Shown piece after piece: positions 50,997-63,885 of a DNA stretch of 64,000 bases. The stretch spans positions 55,242,001-55,306,000 of the forward strand of contig NC_091282.1 in the NCBI RefSeq assembly GCF_032444005.1, in the 5' to 3' direction. Below the pieces are notes generated by a model. That model ran no database searches and was not told where the DNA came from. It saw only the letters and a program-made list of their open reading frames with translations. The DNA comes from Ranitomeya imitator (lineage: Eukaryota). The translations under genes and the position numbers were made by a program. Positions within the stretch are counted from its first letter, which is position 1, and each line of letters opens with the position of its first letter.

Positions 50997-52385
50997 CAGG
51001 GTCGGACTGGCCCACCGGGATACCGGTGAAATGCCCGGTGGGCCCCGACCCAGAGAGGAGGAAGGAAAAAAAAAAAAAAAAGAGACGCGGGCCCTTTAAA
51101 TCTTTGGGCGGCGCCGACCGCCGCCACGACCAGGGCCCCCACCCCCCCGGTGCCAGCGCCGGCATCGGGCCCCCATTCTAATACTCACCTCTCCTGGTTC
51201 CTGTGGCAGCTGCGGTGTCTTCAGCGCCCTCTGACTCTGCGACGTCTCAGGGCAGAGGGTGCGATGACGTCATCACTGCGCGCTCTGCCTCTCTGTCCTG
51301 AGCGTTGCAGAGCCGGAGAGACGCTGAGTGCACCGAACATGCGCTGGGAACGGGAGAGGTGAGGATTTTTTTTTCTTTATGTCTAACTGGAGCTGGGGCC
51401 CATAATAAATATGGAGGAGCGGGGGCATAATACTGTGCCGTGGGGGGGGGGGGGCAATAATACTGTGCTGGATGGGCATAATACTATGCAGGGGGGAGGG
51501 GGGCATAATACTGTGTGGAGGAGCTGGGGAGGGGGGGGAAATACTGTGCGGGGCCCGGGGCATAATACTGTGTGGAGGAGCTGGGGAGGGGGAGGAAATA
51601 CTCTGCGGGGCCCGGGGCATACTACTGTGTGGAGGAGCTGGGGGGGGGGGGAATACTGTGCGGGGCCCGGGGCATAATACTGTGTGGAGGAGCTGGGGGG
51701 GGGGAATACTGTGTGGGGCCCGGGGCATAATACTGTGTGGAGGAGCTGGGGAGGGGGAGGAAATACTCTGCGGGGCCCGGGGCATACTACTGTGTGGAGG
51801 AGCTGGGGGGGGGGGAATACTGTGCGGGGCCCGGGGCATAATACTTTGTGGAGGAGCTGGGGGGGGAATACTGTGCGGGGCCCGGGGCATAATACTGTGT
51901 GGAGGAGCTGGGGAGGGGGGGGAAATACTGTGCGGGGCCCGGGGCATAATACTGTGTGGAGGAGCTGGGGGGGGGGGAATACTGTGTGGGGCCCGGGGCA
52001 TAATACTGTGTGGAGGAGCTGGGGAGGGGGAGGAAATACTCTGCGGGGCCCGGGGCATACTACTGTGTGGAGGAGCTGGGGGGGGGGGGAATACTGTGCG
52101 GGGCCCGGGGCATAATACTGTGTGGAGGAGCTGGGGGGGGGGAATACTGTGCGGGGCCCGGGGCATAATACTGTGTGGAGGAGCTGGGGGGGGGGGAATA
52201 CTGTGCGGGGCCCGGGGCATAATACTGTGTGGAGGAGCTGGGGGGGGGGGGAATACTGTGCGGGGCCCGGGGCATAATACTGTGTGGAGGAGCTGGGGGG
52301 GGGGGGAATACTGTGCGGGGTCCGGGGCATAATACTGTGTGGAGGAGTTGGGGGGGAAAATACTGTGTGGGGCCCGGGGCATAGT
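50997..52385. mobile_element. Truncated hAT-like non-autonomous element (CAGGGTCGGACTGG end) with an approx. 57-bp G-rich minisatellite (51500-52380)
   Basis: CAGGG-type terminus (also at about 46005 in the duplicate); repeat AATACTGTGCGGGGCCCGGGGCATAATACTGTGTGGAGGAGCTGGGGGGGG; other end not found. Confidence 0.55.
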
Positions 52386-52860
52386 TGTAACGCCCCCACG
52401 TAAGGGCAATGGGGTACTCGGTACCGGGTCCTTCGGTTCCTCAGTGGGGATGTCACGGTGGCCCGACCCGGCCCGTGGCCCTATGAGGGGCGCCCAATAA
52501 AAGGCAAGGTTTGGATGGATTGATAGTGTTCGTGACGCCACCTGTGGTATTCGGTCAGGGTGACCGACGCTGCTTAGGGGTCCGCTGGGGTGATGTGATT
52601 GCAGCGCCCCAGAGTCCTGGTCGTTGCAGTAATCTCGCTCTGCCACTAAGGGGAGTAATGTTATGTCTGATTGCACTAAAGGAGTTCACCTAACCAGGTA
52701 TCACAAGCACACATTACACTTCACACTCCGGCCACCAGGGGGAGCAAAAGACACTATGTATTAGGCCACTCCTGACACTCTGATAAAACTGGGGGTTGGA
52801 TAGGAAGTTAGTGAAAACGCAGCCTGGGAGAGCTCCAGGGAGGACCTGTCAGGGGTGGGT
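52386..52860. mobile_element. LTR fragment (Gypsy-like)
   Basis: Starts TGTAACGCCCC; contains AATAAA; no matching CA end or TSD found. Confidence 0.5.
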
Positions 52861-52889
52861 TCCAGGATTGGACATTAGATCCCTGGAAA

Positions 52890-53500
52890 TCTGGACCGTG
52901 GTCTGATGAGTCAAAATTAATGATTTTTGGTACCAACATTTTTGTGAGATGTAGAAAATGTGATTGCGTGGTTTCTACATGTGCGTTGTCCAATGCAAAG
53001 CATGGACGAGGAGGTGTGATGGTGTCCGGTGCTTTGCTGGTGATGCTTTTGGTGATTTATTCCATATTCAGGGCACAGACAATAACCAAAATGGCTGCCA
53101 CAACATTCTAGAACGCCATATCTTATGTTTTGCCCTTAGTGGGACCGGACAAAGACCCAAAACATATCTCCAGTGTATGTTAGGGCTGTGATCAAGAAGA
53201 AGAAGAATGGAGGCTGCATCAGATAACATGGCCCCCACAATCATCCAACCACAACTAAGTGAGATTTATTTGGGATTAGTTGAACACAGAGTGAAGACAA
53301 AGCAGCTCAGCACCTCTGAGATCTCATTCAAGACTGTTGGAAGCCATTCTAGGTGTTGACCTGATGAAACTGCTGGAGAAAAAGCTAAGGGAGTGTAAAG
53401 CTGTCATCAGTGAAAAAGGGGAATACTGCACGAACACTAAGGTGTAACATATATCCTGTTTTATTTCCTACATGTTTCCTTAATTCTTGTTTCCATATAT
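52890..53500 (+). mobile_element. Decayed Tc1 transposase fragment
   Basis: WSDESK..IFG..; KHGRGGVMVS(W)G..AGD..GDLF.IQG motifs across frames. Confidence 0.7.
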
Positions 53501-54039
53501 TTTCCTTCATGGTTTTGTTGCGTTAAGTCTGAATCTAAAATATGCACATTCCAATAAGAACAAGGAAAAACACTGCAAGAACAGGAGTCTAAACCTTTCA
53601 ACGGTACGATATACACTGCTCAAAAAAATAAAGGGAACACTTAACCCCTTTACCCCCAAGGGTGGTTTGCACGTTAATGACCGGGCCAATTTTTACAAGT
53701 CTGACCACTGTCCCTTTATGAGGTTATAACTCTGGAACGCTTCAACGGATCCTAGTGAATCTGATATTGTTTTCTCGTGACATATTGTACTTCATGACAA
53801 TGGTAAAAATTCTTTGATAGTACCTGCGTTTATTTGTGAAAAAAAACGGAAATTTGGCGAAAATTATGAAAATTTCGCAATTTTCCAACTTTGAATTTTT
53901 ATGCAATTAAATCACAGAGATATGTCACACAAAATACTTAATAAGTAACATTTCCCACATGTTTACTTTACATCAGCACAATTTTGGAACCAAAATTTTT
54001 TTTGTTAGGGAGTTACAAGGGTGAAAAGTTGACCAGCAA

Positions 54040-56470
54040 TTTCTCGTTTCTACAACACCATTTTTTTTTAGGGACCACATCTCATTTGAAGTCATTTTGA
54101 GGGGTCTATATGATAGAAAATACCCAAGTGTGACACCATTCTAAAAACTACACCCCTCAAGGTGCTCAAAACCACATTCAAGAAGTTTATTAACCCTTCT
54201 GGTGCTTCACAGGAATTTTTTGAATGTTTAAATAAAAATGAACATTTAACTTTTTTTCACAAAAAATTTAATTCAACTCCAATTTGTTTTATTTTACCAA
54301 GGGTAACAGGAGAAAATGGACCCCAAAAATTGTTGTACAATTTGTCCTGAGTACGCCAATACCCCACATGTGGGGGTAAATCACTGTTTGGGCGCATGGC
54401 ACAGCTCGGAAGCGAAGGAGCGCCATTTGACTTTTCAATGCAAAATTGACTGAAATTGAGATGGGACGCCATGTTTCGTTTGGAGAGCCCCTGATGTGCC
54501 TAAACATTGAAACCCCCCACAAGTGACACCATTTTTGAAAGTAGACCCCCTAAGGAACTTATCTAGAGGTGTGGTGAGCACTTTGACCCACCAAGTGCTT
54601 CACAGAAGTTTATAATGGAGAGCCGTAAAAATAAAACAAAAATTTTTTCCCACAAAAATTATTTTTTAGCCCCCAGTTTTGTATTTTCCCGAGGGTAACA
54701 GGAGAAATTGGACCGCAAAATTTGTTGTCCAATTTGTCCTGAGTGAGCTGATACCCCATATGTGCGGGTAAACCACTGTTTGGGCGGATGGGAGAGTTCG
54801 GAAAGGAAGGAGCGCCGTTTGACTTTTCAATGCAAAATTGACAGGAATTGAGATGAGACGCCATGTTGCGTTTGCAGAGCCCCTAATGTACCTAAATAGT
54901 AGAAACCCCTCACAAGTGACACCATTTTGGAAAGTAGACCCCCTAAGGAACTTATCTAGATGTGTGGTGAGCGCTTTGACCCACCAAGGGCTTCACAGAA
55001 GTTTATAATGGAGAGCCGTAAAAATAAAACAAAAATTTTTTCCCACAAAAATTATTTTTTAGCCCCCAGTTTTGTATTTTCCCGAGGGTAACAGGAGAAA
55101 TTGGACCCCAAAATTTGTTGTCCAATTTGTCCTGAGTGCGCTGATACCCCATATGTGGGGGGAAACCACTGTTTGGGCACATGGGAGGGCTCGGAAGGGA
55201 AGGAGTGCCATTTGAATGCAGACTTAGATGGAATGGTCTGCAGGTGTCACATTGCGTTTGCAGAGCCCCTAATGTACCTAAACAGTAGAAAACCCCACAA
55301 GTGACACCATTTTGGAAAGTGGACACCCTAAGGAACTTATCTAGATGTGTGGTGAGCGCTTTGACCCACCAAGGGCTTCACAGAAGTTTATAATGGAGAG
55401 CCGTAAAAATAAAACAAACATTTTTTCCCACAAAAATTATTTTTTAGCCCCCAGTTTTGTATTTTCCTGAGGGTAACAGGAGAAATTGGACCCCAAAATT
55501 TGTTGTCCAATTTGTCCTGAGTGCCTGATACCCCATATGTGGGGGGGGGAACCACTGTTTGGGCGCATGGGAGGGCTCGGAAGGGAAGGAGCTCCATTTG
55601 GAATGCAGACTTAGATGGAATGGTCTGCAGGTGTCACATTGCATTTGCAGAGCCCCTAATGTACCTAAACAGTAGAAACCCCCCACAAGTGACACCATTT
55701 TGGAAACTAGACCCCCTAAGGAACTCATCTAGATGTGTTGTGAGAGCTTTGAACCCCCAAGTGTTTCACTACAGTTTGTAACGCAGAGCCGTGAAAATTA
55801 AAAAAAAAATCTTTCCCCCCAAAATTATTTTTTAGCCCCCAGTTTTGTATTTTCCCGAGGGTAAGAGGAGAAATTCAACCCCAAAAGTTGTTGTCCAATT
55901 TGTCCTGAGTGCGCTGATGCCCCATATGTGGGGGGGAACGACCGTTTGGGCGCATGGGAGGGCTCGGAGGGGAAGGAGTGCCATTTGGAATGCAGACTTA
56001 GATGGAATGGTCTGCAGGCGTCACATTCCGTTTGCAAAACCCCTAATGTACCTAAACAGTAGAAACCCCCACAAGTGACCCCATATTGGAAACTATACCC
56101 CCCAGGGAACTTATCTAGATGTGTTGTGAGAACTTTGAACCCCCAAGTGTTTCACTACAGTTTATAACGCAGAGCCGTAAAAATAAAAAATCTTTTTTTT
56201 TTCCCACAAAAATTATTTTTTAGCCCCCAGTTTTGTATTTTCCCAAGGGTAACATGAGAAATTGGACCCCAACAGTTGTTGTCCTATTTGTCCTGAGTAT
56301 GCTGATACCCCATATGTTGGGGTAAACCCCTGTTTGGGCACACGGGAGAGCTCGGAAGGGAAGAAGCACTGTTTTACTTTTTCAACGCAGAATTGGCTGG
56401 AATTGAGATCGGACGCCATGTCGCGTTTGGAGAGCCTCTGATGTGCCTATACAGTGGAAACCCCCAAATT
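54040..56470. repeat. About 390-bp tandem repeat, about 6 copies, inside the TTAA element
   Basis: CAAGTGACACCATTTT anchor recurs near 54520, 54913, 55300, 55686 and (variant) 56072. Confidence 0.88.
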
Positions 56471-56806
56471 ATAACTGAAACCCTAATCCAAACACACCCC
56501 TAACCCTAATTCCAACGGTAACCCTAACCACACCTCTAACCCTGACACACACCTAACCCTAATCCCAACCCTATTCCCAACTGTAAATGTAATCTAAACC
56601 CTAACTGTAACTTTAGCCCCAACCCAAACTGTNNNNNNNNNNNNNNNNNNNNNNNNNNNNNNNNNNNNNNNNNNNNNNNNNNNNNNNNNNNNNNNNNNNN
56701 NNNNNNNNNNNNNNNNNNNNNNNNNNNNNNNNNNNNNNNNNNNNNNNNNNNNNNNNNNNNNNNNNNNNNNNNNNNNNNNNNNNNNNNNNNNNNNAACCCT
56801 AGCCCT
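56470..56806. repeat. Degenerate telomere-like (CCCTAA)n repeat spanning an assembly gap
   Basis: AACCCTAA variants on both sides of the N run. Confidence 0.7.
56633..56794. other. Assembly gap (162 N)
   Basis: N run. Confidence 0.99.
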
Positions 56807-59800
56807 ATGGGAAAATGGAAATAAATAAATTTTTTTAATTTTTCCCTAACTAAGGGGGTGATGAAGGGGGGTTTGATTTACTTTTATAGTGGGTTTTTTA
56901 GCGGATTTTTATGATTGGCAGCCGTCACACACTGAAAGACGCTTTTTATTGCAAAAAATATTTTTTGCATTACCACATTTTGAGAGCTATAATTTTTCCA
57001 TATTTTGGTCCACAGAGTCATGTGAGATCTTGTTTTTTGCGGGACGAGTTGACGTTTTTATTGGTAACATTTTCGGGCACGTGACATTTTTTTATCGCTT
57101 TTTATTCCGATTTTTGTGAGGCAGAATGACCAAAAACCAGCTATTCATGAATTTCTTTTGGGGGAGGCGTTTATACCGTTCCGCGTTTGGTAAAATGGAT
57201 AAAGCAGTTTTATTCTTCGGGTCAGTACAATTACAGCGACACCTCATTTATATCATTTTTTTATGTTTTGGCGCTTTTATACGAGAAAAACTATTTTATA
57301 GAAAAAATAATTATTTTTGCATCGCTTTATTCTCAGGACTATAACTTTTTTATTTTTTTGCTGATGATGCTGTATGGCAGCTCGTTTTTTGCGGGACAAG
57401 ATGACGCTTTCAGCGGTACCATGGTTATTTATATGTGTCTTTTTGATCGCGTGTTATTCCACTTTTTGTTCGGCAGTATGATAATAAAGCGTTGTTTTTT
57501 GCCTCGTTTTTTTTTTCTTCTTACGATGTTTACTGAAGGGGTTAACTAGTGGGCCAGTTTTATAGGACGGGCCGTTACGGACGCGGCGATACTAAATATA
57601 TATACTTTTATTGTTTTTTTAAATTTATTTAGATAAAGAAATGTATTTATGGGAATAATATTTTTTTTTTTTCATTATTTAGGAATATTTTTTTTATTTT
57701 TTTTTTACACATTTGGAAATTTTTTTTTAACTTTTTTACTTTGTCCCAGGGGGGGACATCACAGATCGGTGATCTGACAGTGTGCACAGCACTCTGTCAG
57801 ATCACTGATCTCACTTAGAGCAGTGCAGGCTTCACAGTGCCTGCGCTGAGCAGGCTCTGTGAAGCCACCTCCCTCCCTGCAGGACCCGGATCCGCGGCCA
57901 TCTTGGATCCGGGTCTGGAGCAGGCAGGGAGGGAGGTAAGACCCTCGCAGCAACGCAATCACATCGCGTTGCTGCGAGGGGCTCAGGGAAGCCCGCAGGG
58001 AGCCCCCTCCCTGCGCGATGCTTCCCTGCACCGCCGGCACATCGCGATCATCTTTGATCGCGGTGTGCCGGGGGTTAATGTGCCGGGGCGGTCCGTGACC
58101 GCTCCTGGCACATAGTGCCGGATGTCAGCTGCGATAGGCAGCTGACACCCGGCCGCGATCAGCCGCGCTCCCCCCGTGAGCGCCGCCGATCGCGCTGGAC
58201 GTACTATCCCGTCCGTGGTCATAGGGGCCCACCCCACCTCAATGGGATAGTACGTCCGATGTCAGAAAGGGGTTAAACAACAGAATATAACTCCAAGTAA
58301 ATCAGACTTCTGTGAAATCAAACTGTCCACTCAGGAAGCAACACTGATTGACAATGAATTTCACATGCTGTTGTGCAAATGGAATAGACAACAGATGGAA
58401 ATTATTGGCAATTATCAAGACAGTCTCAATAAAGGAGTGATTCTGCAGGTGGGGACCACAGACCGCATCTCTGTACCAATGCTTTCTGGCTGATGTTTTG
58501 GTCACTTTTGAATGTTGGTTGTGCTTTCACACTCATGGTAGCATGAGACGGACTCTACAACACACACAAGTGGTTCAGGTAGTGCAGCTCATCCAGGATG
58601 GCACATCAATGCGAGCTGTGTCAAGAAGGTTTTTTGTGTCTGTCGGCGTAGTGTTCAGAGGCTGGAGGCGCTACCAGGAGACAGGCCAGTACACTAGGAG
58701 ACGTCGAGGGGGCCGTAGGAGGGCAACAACCCAGCAGCAGGACCGCTACCTCAGCCTTTGTCCAAGGAAGAACAGGAGGAGCACTGCCAGAGACCTGCAA
58801 AATGATCTCCAGCAGGCCACAAATGTGCATGTGTCTGCACAGTTAGAATCCGACTCCATGAGGATGGTCTGAGTGCCCGACGTCCACAGATGGGGGTTGT
58901 GCTCACAGCTCAACACGGTGCAAGATGCTTGGCATTGGTCACAGAACACCAGGATTGGCAAATTCGCCAGTGGCGCCCTGTGCTCTTCACAGATGAAAGC
59001 AGGTTCACAGTGAGCACATGTGACAGATGTGACATAGTCTGGAGACGCCATGGAGAGCGATCTGCTGCCTGCAACATCCTTTAGCATGACCGGTTTGGCA
59101 GTGGATCAGTAATGGTGTGGGGTGGCATTTCTTTGGAGGGCCACACAGCCCTCCATGTGCTCACCAGAGGTAGCCTGACTGCCATTAGGTACCGAGATGA
59201 GATCCTCAGACCCCTTGAGACCATATGCTGGTGCGGTTGGCCCTGGGTTCCTCCTAATGCAAGACAATGCCAGACCTCATGTGGCTGGAGTGTCAGCAGT
59301 TCCTGCAAGATGAAGGCATTGAAGCTATGGACTGGTCCGCCTGTTCCCCAGACCTGAATCCGATTGAACACATCTGGGACATCATGTCTCGCTCCATCCA
59401 CCAACCTCACGTTGCACCACAGACTGTCCAGGAGTTGGCGGATGCTTTAGTCCAGGTCTGGGAGGAGATCCCTTTAAAAGACCATCTGCCGCCTTATCGG
59501 GAGCATGCCCAGGCAATGTATGGAGGTCATACAGGCACGTGGAGGCCACACACACTACTGAGAATCATTTTTTTGTTTTGAGGCATTTCCACTGAAGTTG
59601 GATCAGGCTGTAATTTGATTTTCCACTTTGATTTTGAGTATCGTTCCAAATCCAGGCCTCCATTAGTTAATAAATTTGATTTCCATTGATGATTTTTGTG
59701 TGATTTTGTTGTCAGCACATTCAACTTTGTACAGAACAAAGTATTCAATGAGAATATTTCATTTGTTCAGATCTAGGATGTGTTATTTGAGTGTTCCCTT

Positions 59801-60959
59801 TATTTTTTTGAGCAGTGTATTTTCAGTACAGGTTGAGTGTGAGTGTATGGTGCAGACTCAGAAGCAGAGCCCACTCCACAAATACAGCTATGTGGTCAGA
59901 AAAAAAATAGTGGCTCTTGAAAGAAGAGAAGGAAAAAATTCAAGCACAAAAATGAAAAAATGTCCAAGCCCCTGGGGTATTAAATAGTTAATACACGTCA
60001 TTACATGTCTGTCACGTGGAGTAAAATATTTGGTAACCACCTGAGCTGTTATATACGTGTTTGGTAAATACATAAAAAAAAGCAAAACAAAAAAATCTGC
60101 ATTTATTTCAAAATGCTAAAAATATTTCCCAAAGTAACATATGCCCCCCAAAGAAAGAACAGCTGGTCCCTGAAGGCATCAGAAAGAAGCAAAACCATAA
60201 AGAGAGAAAAGTTATGACCCCAAAGGGGAAAAACACACAAAAAATCTTTACAGATGCCAAGTATCCAAGTGGTTACATTTATATTTCAAGCAGATAAAGA
60301 GTCTGTATCTCTCCTGAAATTCGTCTTCTGTCCGTTGTGCTGCGCGGCTCACAGAGGAGCGACAATCCCCAGCGCTGATCTAATCCCAGTCACTCCCATA
60401 TTACACCATCCCACAACCCATGACTGCAGCACACATGACCAGACACTGTTAAAGGCGCATGACACAGGTGTATAGGGCAGATGACACAGGTATATGAGCT
60501 CACCCAGCCTCAGAGATCACAATCTGCAGCAAGAAGAGAGAATGAACTTTACCCAGATGCTGGAAAGAGGAAGCAGCGATCATCACGAGCTGCAGCACCA
60601 TAAAAGCTGATGTTAAAGTACAGAGAAGGGATTATACACTATGTACTATATACTAATTATATCATGGGTCCACAAGGTAGGGACTGGGGCAGAAGAAAAG
60701 GAGAAGGCTGGAATGTATTGGCATAACTTAAAGAGTAACTGTTGTTTTCATTTTTATTTAATAAATCAATAATATACATGAAAGATAAGCAAGAGAAATT
60801 AGCATCTTTCTCCTCCTGGACTGATCATTAATTCTCAAGAATTCTCAATTTAGGAATAAAATCTGTATTCAGTGAAAACAGATATGAGATATGAGATGAC
60901 AGTTGCTGATAACATTCTATGTAGATGGAAGAGGGGAATGGGGGGGGGGGCTCTGCCTC

Positions 60960-63800
60960 TTGCTCCCCTGTTCTCCTTCTCCCCTATTCGACTTCTCCTC
61001 TGTTCTCCTTTTCCCCTGTTCTCCGTCTCCCCTCTTCCCCTTCTCCCCTGTTCCCCTTCTCCCCTGTTCCCATTCTCCCGTTTACCTTTTCCCCTGTTCT
61101 CCTTCTCCCCTGTTTCCCTTCTCCCCTGTTCTCCGTCCCCCATGTTCCCCTTCTCCCATTTCCCTTCTCCCCTGTTCCCATTCTCCCATTTCCCTTTTCC
61201 CCTGTTCTCCTTCTCCCCTGTTTCCCTTGTCCCCTTGTTCTCCTTCTCCCATGTTCTCCTTCTACCCTGTTCCCCTTCTCCCCTGTTCCCCTTCTCCCCT
61301 CTTCCCCTTCTCCCCTCTTCCCCTTCTCCCATTTCCCTTCTCCCCTGATCCCCTTCACCCGGTTCTCCTTCTCCCCTGATCCCCTTCTCCCCGTTCTCCC
61401 CTGTTCCCCTTCTCCCCTGTTCTCCTTCTCCCCCGTTCTCCTTCTCCCCTGTTCCACTTCTCCCCTGTTCCACTTCTCCCCTGTTCCCCTTCTCCCCTGT
61501 TCTCCTTCGCGATTGTTCCCCTTCTCCCCTGTTCTCATTCTCCCCTGTTCCCCTTCTCTCCTGGTCCCCTTCTCCCCGTTTCCCTTTTCCCCTGTTCTCC
61601 TTCTTCCCTGTTTCCCTTCTCCCCTGTTTTCCTTCTCCCCTGTTCCCCTTCTCCCATTTCCCTGTTCTCCTCAATTGTTCCCCTTCTCCCCTGTTCTCCT
61701 TCTCCCCTGTTCTCCTTCTCCCCTGTTCTCCTTCTCCCCTGTTCCCCTTCTCCCCTGTTCCCCTTCTCCCCTGTTCTCCTTCTCCTCTGTTTCCCTTCTC
61801 CTCTGTTCTCCTTATCCCCTGTTCTCCTTCTCCCCTGTTCTCCTTCTCCCCTGTTCTCCTTCTCCCCTGTTCCCCTTTTCCCCTGTTCTCCTTCTCCCCT
61901 GTTTCCCTTCTCCTCTGTTGTCCTTATCCCCTGTCCTCCTTCTCCCCTGTTCTCCTTCTTCCCTGTTCTCCTTCTCCCCTGTTCCCCTTCTTCCCTGTTC
62001 TCCTTCTCCCCTGTTCCCCTTCTCCCCTGTTCCCCTTCTCCCGTTTCCCTGTTCTCCTTCTCGATTGTTCCCCTTCTCCCCTGTTCTCCTCCCCTGCTCC
62101 CATTCTCCCCTGTTCTCCTCCCCTGTTCCCCTTCTCTCCTGTTCCCTTCTCCCCTGTTCTCCTTCTCCCCTGTTCTCCCCTGTTCCCCTTCTCCCGTTTC
62201 CCTGTTCTTCTCGATTGTTCCCCTTCTCCCCTGTTCTCCTCCCCTGTTCCCCTTCTCCCCTGTTCTCCTCCCCTGTTCCCCTTCTCTCCTGTTCTCTTTC
62301 TCCCCTGTTCTCCTTCTCCCCTGTTCTCCTTCTCCCCTGTTCTCCTTCTCCCCTGTTCCCCTTCTCCCCTGTTCCCCTTCTCCCCTTCTCCCCTGTTCTC
62401 CTTCTCCCCTGTTCTCCTTCTCCCCTGTTCCCCTTCTCCCCTGTTCCCCTTCTCCCCTGTTCTCCTCCCCTGTTCCCCTTCTCTCCTGTTCCCTTCTCCC
62501 CTGTTCTCCTTCTCCCCTGTTCTCCTTCTCCCCTGTTCCCCTTCTCCCCTGTTCTCATTCTCTCCTGTTCTCATTCTCCCCTGTTCCCCTTCTCCTGTTT
62601 CCCTGTTCTCCTTCTTGATTGTTCCCCTTCTCCCCTGTTCCCCTTCTCCCCTGTTCTCCTCCCGTTCCCCTTCTCCCCTGTTCCCCTTCTCCCCTGTTCT
62701 CCTTCTCCCCTGTTCCCCTTCTCCCCTGTTCTCTTTCTCCCCTGTTCTCTTTCTCCCTTGCTCTCCTTCTCCCCTGTTCTCCTTCTCCCCTGTTCCCCTT
62801 CTTCCCTGTTCTCATTCTCTCCTGTTCTCATTCTCCCCTGTTCCCCTTCTCCTGTTTCCCTGTTCCCCTTCTCCCCTGTTCCCCTTCTCCCCTGTTCTCC
62901 TTCTCCCCTGTTCTCCTCCCGTTCCCCTTCTCCCCTGTTCCCCTTCTCCCCTGTTCTCCTTCTCCCCTGTTCCCCTTCTCCCCTGTTCTCTTTCTCCCCT
63001 GTTCTCTTTCTCCCTTGCTCTCCTTTTCCCCTGTTCTCATTCTCCCCTGTTCCCCTTCTCCTGTTTCCCTGTTCTCCTTCTTGATTGTTCCCCTTCTCCC
63101 CTGTTCCCCTTCTCCCCTTCTCCCCTGTTCTCCTCCCGTTCTCCTTCTCCCCTGTTCCCCTTCTCCCCTGTTCTCTTTCTCCCCTGTTCTCTTTCTCCCT
63201 TGCTCTCCTTTTCCCCTGTTCCCCTTCTCCCCTGTTCCCCTTCTTCCCTGTTCTCATTCTCTCCTGTTCTCATTCTCCCCTGTTCCCCTTCTCCTGTTTC
63301 CCTGTTCCCCTTCTCCCCTGTTCCCCTTCTCCCCTGTTCTCCTTCTCCCCTGTTCTCCTCCCGTTCCCCTTCTCCCCTGTTCCCCTTCTCCCCTGTTCTC
63401 CTTCTCCCCTGTTCCCCTTCTCCCCTGTTCTCTTTCTCCCCTGTTCTCTTTCTCCCTTGCTCTCCTTTTCCCCTGTTCTCATTCTCCCCTGTTCCCCTTC
63501 TCCTGTTTCCCTGTTCTCCTTCTTGATTGTTCCCCTTCTCCCCTGTTCCCCTTCTCCCCTTCTCCCCTGTTCTCCTCCCGTTCTCCTTCTCCCCTGTTCC
63601 CCTTCTCCCCTGTTCTCTTTCTCCCCTGTTCTCTTTCTCCCTTGCTCTCCTTTTCCCCTGTTCCCCTTCTCCCCTGTTCCCCTTCTCCCCTGTTCCCCTT
63701 CTCCCCTGTTCCCCTTCTCCCTTGCTCTCCTTTTCCCCTGTTCCCCTTCTCCCCAGTTCCCCATCTCCCCTGTTCTCCTTCTCCCCTGTTCCCCTTCTCA
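60960..63800. repeat. 2.8-kb polypyrimidine/polypurine minisatellite, approx. 16-bp unit (TGTTCCCCTTCTCCCC / TGTTCTCCTTCTCCCC)
   Basis: Plus strand almost entirely C/T; marker TTCTTGATTGTTCC recurs about every 440-470 bp (near 62610, 63078, 63520). Confidence 0.95.
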
Positions 63801-63885
63801 TAAAAATCAAAATGATCGTTATTATTGCTCATCGGATCCCATTACAAAATATTCAACAGTTCTCCCATTTATCAAGCGTCTTTAA

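Larger units (their letters stand above)
41367..51289. repeat. Near-identical tandem duplication of an approx. 5-kb unit (41367-46298 and 46299-51289)
   Basis: Identical ORFs at offsets 4912-4993 (e.g. 43956/48948, 45187/50180); only a handful of SNPs/indels visible in the 2.4-kb non-satellite part. Confidence 0.92.
53645..58272. mobile_element. Non-autonomous TTAA-inserting (piggyBac-like) element, about 4.6 kb including a gap
   Basis: TTAA flanks at 53641-53644 and 58273-58276; CCCCTTT / AAAGGGG termini; host Tc1 resumes exactly; no transposase ORF seen. Confidence 0.8.
53614..59817 (+). mobile_element. Near full-length Tc1 element (about 1.57 kb without the insertion), frameshifted transposase, split by a TTAA element
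   Basis: TIR CACTGCTCAAAAAAATAAAGGGAACAC / GTGTTCCCTTTATTTTTTTGAGCAGTG, TA flanks; WRPVLFTDESRF, VMVWGGIS, QDNA, SPDLNPIEHIWD in 58545-59560. Confidence 0.9.

Noticed and set aside
51273-52676. Pro-rich (extensin-like) and Gly-rich ORFs
   Set aside because: Translations of the approx. 57-bp G-rich minisatellite.
56470-56806. True chromosome end or fusion site
   Set aside because: The repeats are degenerate, in one orientation, and enclosed within a TTAA-bounded element.
58498-59581. Active Tc1 transposase
   Set aside because: The coding region is broken into at least four frames, and the left end is interrupted by a 4.6-kb insertion.
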